Assembly (NCBI GenBank): GCA_040386535.1
Contig: JAZKFH010000015.1
Span: forward strand, 252,800 to 316,799
Direction of reading: 5' to 3'
Length of the DNA stretch: 64,000 nucleotides
DNA from: Myxococcota bacterium
GTDB lineage: Bacteria > Myxococcota_A > UBA796 > SXON01
In this document: piece after piece, positions 11,263 through 19,689 of the stretch
Layout of the letters: the number at the start of each line of letters is the position of its first letter
How positions within the stretch are numbered: the first letter of the stretch is position 1
Program-made: the position numbers and the translations under genes
Notes under the pieces: generated by a model
What the model saw: only the letters and a program-made list of their open reading frames with translations
Told to the model about the DNA's origin: nothing
Databases searched by the model: none

Positions 11263-11946
11263 ATGCCGTTGCCTGGCACCGATCTGCTCGAGAGACTCGT
11301 CGCGATCATCCCGTCCCCGGCGATCGTGGCGGATCTGCAGGGCCGCATCCTCCTGTTCAACCCCGCGGCGGAGAGCGTGCTCGGCTACGGCGCGAACGAG
11401 GCGCACGGCCATCTGCACGTGACCGACCTGTACCACCACCCCGAGGATGCGCGGCGGGTGGCGCGGCGTCTGCGGGGGAGGGAGGCCGAGGCCGGCACGG
11501 CCGCGCAGGAGCGCTTCGACGTGACCTTGCGCGCGCGCAACCTCGAGCTCATCCCCGTGCGGCTCACCGCCTCGCTCCTCCACACGCCCGACGGCGCCGT
11601 GTTCGCCTCGGTCGGCGTGTTCGAGGATCGTCGGGAGTACATCGCGCTCGGAAAGCGCCTGGAGGACGCCGCGATGCAGGTCGAGGCCGTCGAGCGGCGC
11701 TCCGCCGGGGTCGCCGCGCTCTCCGCGGCCGTGCACGAGATGGCGCAGCCGCTCACCGCTGCGATGGGGAACGTGGAGATGTTGTTGCTCGACCCTACGC
11801 TGCCGGACCCCGTCTCCTCTCGCCTGCAGCGCACCTACGACCAGCTCGATCGCTTGCGGGAAATCGTCGGACGTGTCGCCCGGCTGGGCCGGCGGCAGCC
11901 CGGCGGGGACACGCCGATGTCGGGCGGCGGGGAGGGCGGGCGATGA
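11263..11946 (+). CDS. PAS + HisKA protein with no ATPase domain
   Basis: PAS signature DLQGRILLFNPAAESVLGY; H-box VHEMAQPLTA; ends without N/G1/F/G2 boxes. Confidence 0.75.
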   Translation: MPLPGTDLLERLVAIIPSPAIVADLQGRILLFNPAAESVLGYGANEAHGHLHVTDLYHHPEDARRVARRLRGREAEAGTAAQERFDVTLRARNLELIPVRLTASLLHTPDGAVFASVGVFEDRREYIALGKRLEDAAMQVEAVERRSAGVAALSAAVHEMAQPLTAAMGNVEMLLLDPTLPDPVSSRLQRTYDQLDRLREIVGRVARLGRRQPGGDTPMSGGGEGGR

Positions 11947-12743
11947 CGCACGGCCCGCTGCGCGTGGTCGCCACGCTCGCCCTCGATGACCGCGACGACG
12001 CCGTGCTCGGCGCGGTCTCCGCCCTCGCGGCCCGCCGCGCGTGTGACGTGACGCTGCTCCACGTGCTCGCGCGCGACCGGACGGACACCCCGCCCGCCGT
12101 CGACGCCTGCGCCGCCCGGCTCGGGGTGCCCGCCGCCGTGCGCGTCGTGCGCGGCGCGGTCGACGAGGCCGCCGCCACCGTGCTCGCCGAGCTCGACGCC
12201 GACCTGCTCGTGGTGGGCCGGAGCGCCGCCGAGGAGGGGGCCTCCGCGTGGGGCCCGCACGGGCGCGCCTTGTTGCGCGCCGCCGGATGTCCCGTGCTCA
12301 TCGTGCCCGTGGGCGCGTCGCTCGGTTTCGGGCGGGTCGCCGTCGGCATGGACCTGTCCGCCTCCGCGCTCGACACCCTCGCGTTCGTCGGAGGCCTGTT
12401 CGACAGCGTGGTCTGCGTGGTCGCGCTCGATCCCGAGGGGGACGAACGCGACGCGGCAGCGCTCGAGGCGAACGTGCGCGCGGCTGTCACGGCGCGGGAC
12501 CTCCCGATGCCGGCGATCGTCGCGCGTGCCGGCGCGGCCCCCGCGGACGTGCTCCTCGCGGTGGCCTCCGAGCCCCCGGAGGTCGCGCTCATCGCGGTCG
12601 GCACGCGGGGCTTGAGCCCCCTCGCCGTCGCCTTTCTCGGGAGCACGGCCGAGCGCCTCGCGGGCCGGAGCGCGCGCCCGGTGCTGGTCGTTCGCCGGCG
12701 CGGGGAATCGAGGGGCCTCCTCGGCGCGTTGTTCGGCACATGA
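11943..12743 (+). CDS. Tandem-domain universal stress protein
   Basis: ADLLVVG..CPVLIVP and LIAVGTRG..FLGSTAERL..PVLVV; ATGA overlap with the upstream gene. Confidence 0.85.
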   Translation: MTHGPLRVVATLALDDRDDAVLGAVSALAARRACDVTLLHVLARDRTDTPPAVDACAARLGVPAAVRVVRGAVDEAAATVLAELDADLLVVGRSAAEEGASAWGPHGRALLRAAGCPVLIVPVGASLGFGRVAVGMDLSASALDTLAFVGGLFDSVVCVVALDPEGDERDAAALEANVRAAVTARDLPMPAIVARAGAAPADVLLAVASEPPEVALIAVGTRGLSPLAVAFLGSTAERLAGRSARPVLVVRRRGESRGLLGALFGT

Positions 12744-13684
12744 TGCTCCTCCTCCTCCTCGCGGGCCCCGCCCTCGCCATCCAGGTCGAGGCCCGCGAGG
12801 GCCCGTGCCCCGTCGGCGTCGGCACCGTTACCGTCTACACGAAGGTGGCCGCGAACGCGTCCGGCGGGTTCGACTCCGACCTCGCGTCGTATTCGAGCGG
12901 CGAACAGTGGCGCGCCTACCACCTCGCCACCTGCTCCGACAACCTCTTGTCCCTCTACGGCTCCGACCTGCTCGCCCTCGTGCCGGCCGACCGCGACCGC
13001 GTGAAGGCGGCGCTCCCCGAGGCCGTGAAGGGCGTGGTCGACCCCGCCGCGCCCGCGCCCTGGGAGCGGTACCGCGTGGCGGCCGCGCTCTACGCGGCGC
13101 TCGGCAAGGACCGCCGGTTCCTGGGGGACCTCCTCCTCGACGCCAGCTGGACCGCGCGGGACCAGGCCGTCGGCTACTACGCGGGGCTGGAGGGCCCGAT
13201 CGCCGCGCGCGCGCTGCTCGACGCGGGGTGGGAGGAGCTCAAGAAGCCGCTCGCCACCGCCGACCGGAAGAAGGTCCTCTACAACCTCGCGCGCATCGCC
13301 CATCGCGGCGGATGGGGCGCCGAGCGCGACGGCCTGCTCGCGAACTTCGAGGCCGCCGGGCCGATGACCGCCGCCGAGCGCGAGGCGGTCACGCGGTTCC
13401 GCCGAATCGCCCACGAGATCGAGCCCGCCTTGCAGGACGAGGTGATCCTCCACTTCACCGCCGCACTGCGCGGGGAGCTGCCGTACGCCGAGAAGGTGCG
13501 CATCACCTACCAGCTGGCCGATCTGTTGCGGCGCCGCGGCCGCGATCGCGAGGCCGCGCCCCTGTACTTCCTGGTGCTCAACGACCGGGACGCGCCCGAG
13601 CAGCTCCGCACCATGGGCGTGTTCCTGGCCGGGCCGCTGCTCGAGAAGCTCGAAGCCACCCCCCGTGCGAAGACGCCGCGCTGA
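12740..13684 (+). CDS. Exported hypothetical protein, DUF2225-like N-terminus plus helical/TPR-like region
   Basis: Signal MMLLLLLAGPALA; CPVG..GGFDSDL..Y..C pattern; ATGA overlap. Family match is by recall only. Confidence 0.6.
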   Translation: MMLLLLLAGPALAIQVEAREGPCPVGVGTVTVYTKVAANASGGFDSDLASYSSGEQWRAYHLATCSDNLLSLYGSDLLALVPADRDRVKAALPEAVKGVVDPAAPAPWERYRVAAALYAALGKDRRFLGDLLLDASWTARDQAVGYYAGLEGPIAARALLDAGWEELKKPLATADRKKVLYNLARIAHRGGWGAERDGLLANFEAAGPMTAAEREAVTRFRRIAHEIEPALQDEVILHFTAALRGELPYAEKVRITYQLADLLRRRGRDREAAPLYFLVLNDRDAPEQLRTMGVFLAGPLLEKLEATPRAKTPR

Positions 13685-13725
13685 TCGGACCGCTGCTGAT
13701 CGGATCCCTGGTGATCGGATCCGTG
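13681..13725 (+). repeat. Three imperfect 15-bp tandem direct repeats
   Basis: CTGATCGGACCGCTG / CTGATCGGATCCCTG / GTGATCGGATCCGTG. Confidence 0.85.
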
Positions 13726-13761
13726 CTGGACTGAACGGGTGTGCAGGTATAGATCGGGGCC

Positions 13762-14169
13762 ATGGTACGGACCGTTGGGGAAGGGGACGTGGTGCTGCTG
13801 CGCATCCACGCGAAGGATCCGGCGCGCGCCGCGTGCTTCTACGCTGCGCTGTTCGGCTGGATCGTGGGGGACCCCGGCGCGGCGGGCCTCGGCTTCCACA
13901 CGCCCGGAGGGCTCCGCGGCGTGTTCCGGGGCGGCGAGCCCTCTACCGCGGGGCCCGAGATCTTCGTCGGCGTACCCGACCTGACGACCGCGATGCGGCG
14001 GGCCCTGGCGCTCGGCGGGATGGCGCTGGTTCGCCCGGGGCCTGCGCCGGGCGGTGGTCGGGTCGCGATCGTGCTGGATCCCGAGGGGAACCGGATCGGG
14101 CTCTTCGAGGCGCCGGGCGAGCCCACCGGGGCGGGGGAGCCGATCCTGACCCCGCGCGCGGCCGGCTGA
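13762..14169 (+). CDS. VOC/glyoxalase family protein
   Basis: D..RA..FY..LFGW and DPEGNRIGLF motifs. Confidence 0.85.
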   Translation: MVRTVGEGDVVLLRIHAKDPARAACFYAALFGWIVGDPGAAGLGFHTPGGLRGVFRGGEPSTAGPEIFVGVPDLTTAMRRALALGGMALVRPGPAPGGGRVAIVLDPEGNRIGLFEAPGEPTGAGEPILTPRAAG

Positions 14170-14265
14170 GATGCCCTCGCGCGCGGTCGCGACCACGGGG
14201 CGCTTGCCCGGCGGCAGCCGGTGTGTATGTGGTTATGTCTTGCACCCCCCTGCGGAGTTAAAGTC

Positions 14266-15597
14266 ATGGGTCTCTGGGACACTCTCTCCAGCCACGCCAA
14301 GGCGCAGTTCCTCGACGTCATCCAGTGGCTGGACGACTCGAAGAACACGCTCGTCTACCGGTTCCCGATCTTCAACCAGGCGATCCAGGACGGCGGAAAG
14401 CTCGTGGTGCGGGAAGGGCAAGCGGCGGTGTTCGTCGCCGAAGGCCGCCTGTCCGACGTGTTCGGGCCGGGCACCTACGAGCTCTCGACGCGCACCAAGG
14501 CCATCACCGGCTTCTTCGAGAGCATCAAGTACGGCCTGAACATGCCCTACAAGGGGGATGTCTACTTCATCTCCACGCGGCAGTTCACCGACCAGAAGTG
14601 GGGCACCGCCAACCCGCTCATGCTCCGCGACAAGGACCTGGGCGCGGTGCGCATCCGCGCGTTCGGCGTCTTCGCCTACCGCATCACCGACCCCGCCGCG
14701 TTCATCCGCGAGCTGGTCGGCACCGCCGGCCTGTACACGACGGACGAGATCAACGGCCAGCTCAAGCGCAAGCTCGTGAGCGCCCTCGCCGACACCATCG
14801 GCGAGTCCAAGATCCCCGCGCTCGACCTCATCTCCCAGTACATGGACCTGGGAGACGCCCTCCGCCAGCGCCTCAACGGCTGGTTCCAGGAGAACTACGG
14901 CATCACCCTGACCGATTTTGTGGTGGAGAACATCTCCGTGCCGCCCGAAGTCGAGAAGATGCTCGACAAGCGCTCCTCCATGGCGCTGGTGGGCGACATG
15001 AACGCCTACACGCAGTTCCAGGCCGCCAACGCGATGGAGCAGGCCGCGGGCCGCCCGGGCGGCGGCAACCCGATGCTCGACGCGGGCCTCGGCCTCGCCA
15101 TGGGCAACGCCATGGGCAACCAGCTCGGGCGCGCCCAGCAGGGCCCCGGCACGTTCAACCCGCACGGAGGCTTGTCCACGCCGCCGCCGCCGCCCCAGGC
15201 GGAGGTGAAGTTCCACTACAACGGCGCCGGTGGCCAGGGTGAACACACCGCCCGCGAGGTCGCGGCGTTCGTGCAGCAGAACCGCGGCGGCACGCACAAC
15301 GTCTGGGCCGCGGGCTGGCCGGGGTGGAAGTCCTGGTCCGACGTGGCCGAGATCAGCTCGCTCCTCCCGCCGGTCCCGCCCCCGGTGCCCACCGCGGCCG
15401 TGTTCCACTACGCCGCGCCCGACGGCTCGACCGCCACGGGCGGGCCCGCCGACATCGCGCAGCGCGTGAAGGCCGACCCCGAGGGCCGCCACCTCGTCTG
15501 GAAGGACGGCTTCGCCAGCTGGAAGGACGCCCGCGAGGTCCCCGAGATCGCCGGGCTGCTCGGCGGGGGCGGGCCGCCGCCGCCGCCGCCCCGGTAG
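14266..15597 (+). CDS. SPFH (YdjI-like) protein with two C-terminal GYF_2-like domains
   Basis: LVVREGQAAVF, FGPGTYEL, KWGT.NP, VRIRAFG, ENISVPPEVE; two (N/L)VW..G...WK....V.EI units; GGAG before ATG 14266. Confidence 0.85.
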   Translation: MGLWDTLSSHAKAQFLDVIQWLDDSKNTLVYRFPIFNQAIQDGGKLVVREGQAAVFVAEGRLSDVFGPGTYELSTRTKAITGFFESIKYGLNMPYKGDVYFISTRQFTDQKWGTANPLMLRDKDLGAVRIRAFGVFAYRITDPAAFIRELVGTAGLYTTDEINGQLKRKLVSALADTIGESKIPALDLISQYMDLGDALRQRLNGWFQENYGITLTDFVVENISVPPEVEKMLDKRSSMALVGDMNAYTQFQAANAMEQAAGRPGGGNPMLDAGLGLAMGNAMGNQLGRAQQGPGTFNPHGGLSTPPPPPQAEVKFHYNGAGGQGEHTAREVAAFVQQNRGGTHNVWAAGWPGWKSWSDVAEISSLLPPVPPPVPTAAVFHYAAPDGSTATGGPADIAQRVKADPEGRHLVWKDGFASWKDAREVPEIAGLLGGGGPPPPPPR

Positions 15598-15631
15598 TTC
15601 CTCATCGTGGGTTCTCGCCGCTGCTCCACGT

Positions 15632-15715
15632 GGCCCGCCCTTGCAGCCGGGTCCGCCGGTGGGGCCCCCTTTGGGGGGCACCGGCGGGGGCCCCGGCTGC
15701 GGTTCTGGGCGGGCC
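15632..15715. repeat. Long four-stem imperfect inverted repeat between convergent genes (REP-like element or bidirectional terminator)
   Basis: GGCCCGCCC/GGGCGGGCC, GCAGCCGGG/CCCGGCTGC, CCGCCGGTG/CACCGGCGG and GCCCCC-TTTG-GGGGGC nest in order. Confidence 0.75.
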
Positions 15716-15735
15716 CCTGAGGCCGCGCGTGAGCC

Positions 15736-18700
15736 CTATCGATACTCAGAGTTGTCGAACGCCGACCCGCACGAGGGATCGTCCCCGTCGGTGCCCTGGA
15801 TCGAGTCGTTGTCGACCCCGTCGTTGCACTGGGTGTCGCTGACGCCGGTCTCGCCGGTGGTCGTCACCGGGGTGGGGCAGTCGGGATCGGCCAGGTCCGA
15901 CCATCCGTCCAGGTCGTTGTCGACGCCGTCGTTGCAGTCGGTGGCCGGATCGACCTCGTCGCCATCGGTCGAGGCGTCGCAGCCCCAGTCGCGGGCGTCG
16001 ACCAGGCCGTCGCCGTCGTCATCCAGGCCGTTGTTGCACGCGCCACCGCCCGCGCCGTCGTCCTCGAAGAGCGTGGCGGCGTCGGGGCAGGCTGGGTCGG
16101 CGAGATCGGTCCAGCCGTCGCCGTCGTTGTCGAGGCCGTCGTCACATTCGGGCGTGTGGGACTCGTCGGCGTCGAGCGCGCTCGCGCAGCCGGGATCGTC
16201 GGCGTCGACCAGCGTGTCGCCGTCACTGTCCGCGCTGTCGTTGCACGCGAAGTCCTCGGTGCCGACCTCGGCGCCGAGCCAGCCACAGTCAGGGTCGTCT
16301 CCGTCGATCCAGCCGTCGCTGTCGCCGTCGACGCCGTCCGAGCAGTCCAGGCCGCTCGCGCTGACCGTGCTCTCGACGTTGTCCCAGGCGTCGAGGCAGT
16401 CGGGGTCGCTCGCGTCGATGAGCCCGTCGTCGTCGTCGTCGTCGCCGTTGTTGCACGCGGCCGTGCCCGTGGCGCCCGCCTCCGCGGTGGCGTCGATGCA
16501 GTCGGGATCGCTGCCGTCCACCCAACCGTCGCGGTCGGTGTCGATCCCGTCATCGCAGGCGGCGATGGGGTCGTTCTCGACATCGTCGTCCGCGTCGGCG
16601 CAGCCGGGGTCGTCGAGGTCGACCAGGCCGTCGCCGTCGTTGTCGCCGCCGTCCGCGCACGCGGGGAAGGACACGCCCGCTTCCGCCCACGAGGTCGCGT
16701 CGTCACAGTCGATGTCGTCGCTGTCCGCGAGGGAGTCCCCGTCGTTGTCCGCGCCGTCGTTGCACGCGGCGCGGCCGAAGCCCGCCTCGTCGCCGAGCGC
16801 GGCGCAGTCCGGGTCCTCGTCGTCCATCCAGCCGTCGCCGTCGTCATCCGCGTCGTTGGCGCAGTCGTCGCCGGTGGCGGCCTCGTCGTCGTCCCAGCCG
16901 ACCGTGCAGCCGTCGTCATCGGCGTCCACGCGCCCGTCGCCATCATCGTCCACGCCGTTGTCGCAGGCGCGCGTGCCGAGCCCGAGCTCATCGCCGTCTG
17001 AGAGGCAGTCCGCGTCCTCGCCGTCGCGCCAGCCGTCGGTGTCGTCGTCCTCGCCGTTCGCGCAATCGTCCGCGGTGTCGTCCTCGACATCGTCGTCCGC
17101 GTCCACGCAGCCGCTGTCCGCGCCGTCGATCGAGAGGTCTCCGTCGTCGTCGAGGCCGTCGTTGCAGCCCGCGTCCCCGAAGCCGAGCTCGTCGTCGCCG
17201 CTCGCGCAGTCCGGATCTTCGGCGTCGGCCCAGCCGTCGCCGTCGTCGTCCTCGCCGTCGTAGCAGGTGCCGACGGGGTCGGCCTCGTCGGGGTCCGTCG
17301 CGTTCGTGCAGCCCGGATCGTCGGCGTCGGTGGCGCCGTCACTGTCGTCGTCCGCGCCGTCGTTGCAGGCGGTCGCGCCGTACCCGAGCTCCTCGGAGCC
17401 GGTCGCGCAGTCGGGATCGTCGGCGTCGGCCCAGCCGTCCAGATCGTCGTCGGCGCCGTCGTCACAGCCGTCCGCCGCGGGGCTCTCGAACGTGTCGAAC
17501 GCGTCGAAGCAGTCCGAATCCAGGCGATCGCGGCGGCCGTCCCGGTCGTTGTCGAGCCCGTCGTTGCACTGGTTCGTGCCGAAGGAGCGCTCCGACGTGC
17601 CGGTGGCGCAGTCGGGGTCGTCCCCGTCGAACCACTCGTCGCCGTCGTTGTCGAGCAGATCGTTGCAGCCCGTGATCGGGTCGGTCTCGTCGGTGTCGAA
17701 GCCCGAAGCGCAGCCCTCGTCCCCGGCGTCGATGTCGCCGTCTCCGTCGTCGTCGAGGTTGTTGTTGCACTGGTAGGCGCTCGTGGCGCCGGTCTCCGTG
17801 GTGTCGGTCAACGACGTGCAGCTCGGATCGAGCAGGTCGGCCCAGCCGTCCAGATCGTCGTCGTCGTCGTTGCCGCAGGCGTAGTCCGCCTCCACGGTGT
17901 CGCCCGCGTCGTCACAATCAGGGTCGTCCGCGTCCGCGAGGCCGTCGGCGTCGTCGTCGTCGCCGTTGTTGCACTCGTTCGTGCCGTACCCGGTCTCGAA
18001 CGGGCCCGAGCAGTCGGGATCCTCGTCGTCGAACCAGCCGTCCCCGTCCTCGTCCAGCCCGTTGTCGCACTCGGCGGCCTCGGCCGTGGAGGCCGCGGTG
18101 ACGCAGTCGGCGTCGCGGGCGTCGATCGAGAGGTCGCTGTCGTTGTCGAGGCCGTCGTTGCACTGGCCCGCGCCGAAGCCGAGCTCCTCGCGTCCGACCG
18201 CGCAGTCGGGATCGTCCGCGTCGGTCCAGCCGTCCCCGTCGCTGTCGACGCCGTCGGCGCAGGCGCTGGACTCGTCGGTGTCGGTCGCCGTGGCGCAGTC
18301 GGGGTCGTCGGAGTCGAACAGGCCGTCCGCGTCCTGGTCCTCGCCGTCGTTGCAGACGGCGGTGCCGTAGCTGACCTCCTCCGTGCCGCCCGCGCAGTCG
18401 GGATCGGTCTCGTCGGACCAGCCGTCGCCGTCGTTGTCGACGCCGTCCGCGCAGTCGCTCGCCTCGAAGTCGTCCTCGGCGTCGGTGCACTCCGGGTCCG
18501 CCGCGTCCACGCGGCCGTCCCCGTCGTCATCCAGGCCGTTCGAACACGCGCTCCGATCCTCGAAGCCGCTGCCCTCGGAGTCGTCGCCGCCCGCGTCGCA
18601 GGAGGGATCGTCCAGATCCGTCCATCCGTCGCCGTCGTTGTCGGCGCCGTCTTCGCACAGGTTCAGCTCCGAGTCGTCGAGCGCGTCGTCACACGAGCCG

Positions 18701-19689
18701 TCGTCCCCGTCGACATCGCCGTCGCCATCGTCGTCCAGGCCGTTGTTGCACAACCAGTCCGAGGTGCCGACCTCCTCGGTGCCGGTCAGGCAGTCGGGGT
18801 CCTCCTCGTCGAGCCAGCCGTCGCCGTCGTTGTCGTCGCCGTCTTCACAGCCGAGCATCGACTCGCGGTCGTCCCACGCGGAGTCGCACTGGCGGTCGGC
18901 GCTGTCGGCCCCGCCGTCCCCATCGTTGTCGTCGAGGTCGTTGCACTCGGTCGTGCCGGGGCCCACCTCGTCGCCGAGGTCGTGGCAGTCGGGATCGTCC
19001 ACATCGGTCCAGCCGTCGCTGTCGTTGTCCACGCCGTCGACGCAGGGCTCGATCTCGTCGTCATCCAGCGCGTCGGTGCAGTCGGGGTCGGAGGCGTCGA
19101 CGTCACCTTCGCCGTCGTTGTCGGTGCCGTCGTTGCACACGGTGTCACCGAAGCCGAGCTCCTCCAGGCCGGCGGCGCAGTCGGGATCGGCCGCGTCGCG
19201 CCACCCGTCGTTGTCGTTGTCGATGTCGTCCTGGCAGGGGCCGATGGGCGACTCGAGCGCCGCCGCCGTCAGGCGCACGGCCACGACCTCGTCCGGCGTG
19301 AAGGTCAGCGGCCCCACGATTTCGGTGGTGACGGTGCGATCGAGCCCGAGGTAGCCGAGCGCGCGCACGGCGAAGTCGGGATCGTTGCCGCCGGGGCGGA
19401 GCTCGACGCTGTCGGGCACGCCGTCGTTCACGGGGATGGAGACGCGGAGCTCGAGCGCATCGTCGTCGAGGATCCAGTCGCCGAGCCGGCTGTCGTCCAC
19501 GATGGTGAGCACCGTGCCGTCCCGTTCGACGAAGGGGGTCGTCGGGTCGAGGACGAGCCACCAGGTGTCCGCCGCGCTCGCGACGTCCGTGGCGTCGATC
19601 TCCACGACGATCGCGGTACGATCGTCCTTGGGCGTGCACGCGAACAGGGCGAGGAGGGCCAGGGCCCGGAGGGGGCGGGCGCGGTTCAT
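15736..19689 (-). CDS. Large acidic lipoprotein with 35 C-x18-C Asp-rich repeats
   Basis: Lipobox LFAC; consensus CxDGxDxDxDGxxDxxDPDC counted 35 times in the translation. Confidence 0.88.
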   Translation of the reverse strand: MNRARPLRALALLALFACTPKDDRTAIVVEIDATDVASAADTWWLVLDPTTPFVERDGTVLTIVDDSRLGDWILDDDALELRVSIPVNDGVPDSVELRPGGNDPDFAVRALGYLGLDRTVTTEIVGPLTFTPDEVVAVRLTAAALESPIGPCQDDIDNDNDGWRDAADPDCAAGLEELGFGDTVCNDGTDNDGEGDVDASDPDCTDALDDDEIEPCVDGVDNDSDGWTDVDDPDCHDLGDEVGPGTTECNDLDDNDGDGGADSADRQCDSAWDDRESMLGCEDGDDNDGDGWLDEEDPDCLTGTEEVGTSDWLCNNGLDDDGDGDVDGDDGSCDDALDDSELNLCEDGADNDGDGWTDLDDPSCDAGGDDSEGSGFEDRSACSNGLDDDGDGRVDAADPECTDAEDDFEASDCADGVDNDGDGWSDETDPDCAGGTEEVSYGTAVCNDGEDQDADGLFDSDDPDCATATDTDESSACADGVDSDGDGWTDADDPDCAVGREELGFGAGQCNDGLDNDSDLSIDARDADCVTAASTAEAAECDNGLDEDGDGWFDDEDPDCSGPFETGYGTNECNNGDDDDADGLADADDPDCDDAGDTVEADYACGNDDDDDLDGWADLLDPSCTSLTDTTETGATSAYQCNNNLDDDGDGDIDAGDEGCASGFDTDETDPITGCNDLLDNDGDEWFDGDDPDCATGTSERSFGTNQCNDGLDNDRDGRRDRLDSDCFDAFDTFESPAADGCDDGADDDLDGWADADDPDCATGSEELGYGATACNDGADDDSDGATDADDPGCTNATDPDEADPVGTCYDGEDDDGDGWADAEDPDCASGDDELGFGDAGCNDGLDDDGDLSIDGADSGCVDADDDVEDDTADDCANGEDDDTDGWRDGEDADCLSDGDELGLGTRACDNGVDDDGDGRVDADDDGCTVGWDDDEAATGDDCANDADDDGDGWMDDEDPDCAALGDEAGFGRAACNDGADNDGDSLADSDDIDCDDATSWAEAGVSFPACADGGDNDGDGLVDLDDPGCADADDDVENDPIAACDDGIDTDRDGWVDGSDPDCIDATAEAGATGTAACNNGDDDDDDGLIDASDPDCLDAWDNVESTVSASGLDCSDGVDGDSDGWIDGDDPDCGWLGAEVGTEDFACNDSADSDGDTLVDADDPGCASALDADESHTPECDDGLDNDGDGWTDLADPACPDAATLFEDDGAGGGACNNGLDDDGDGLVDARDWGCDASTDGDEVDPATDCNDGVDNDLDGWSDLADPDCPTPVTTTGETGVSDTQCNDGVDNDSIQGTDGDDPSCGSAFDNSEYR

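Noticed and set aside
15769..19236. Possible CRISPR-like array
   Set aside because: Repeats are degenerate in DNA, conserved in protein and in frame; no cas genes.
15641..19354. Ser/Pro-rich plus-strand ORFs
   Set aside because: Antisense reading of the GAC-rich repeat lipoprotein.
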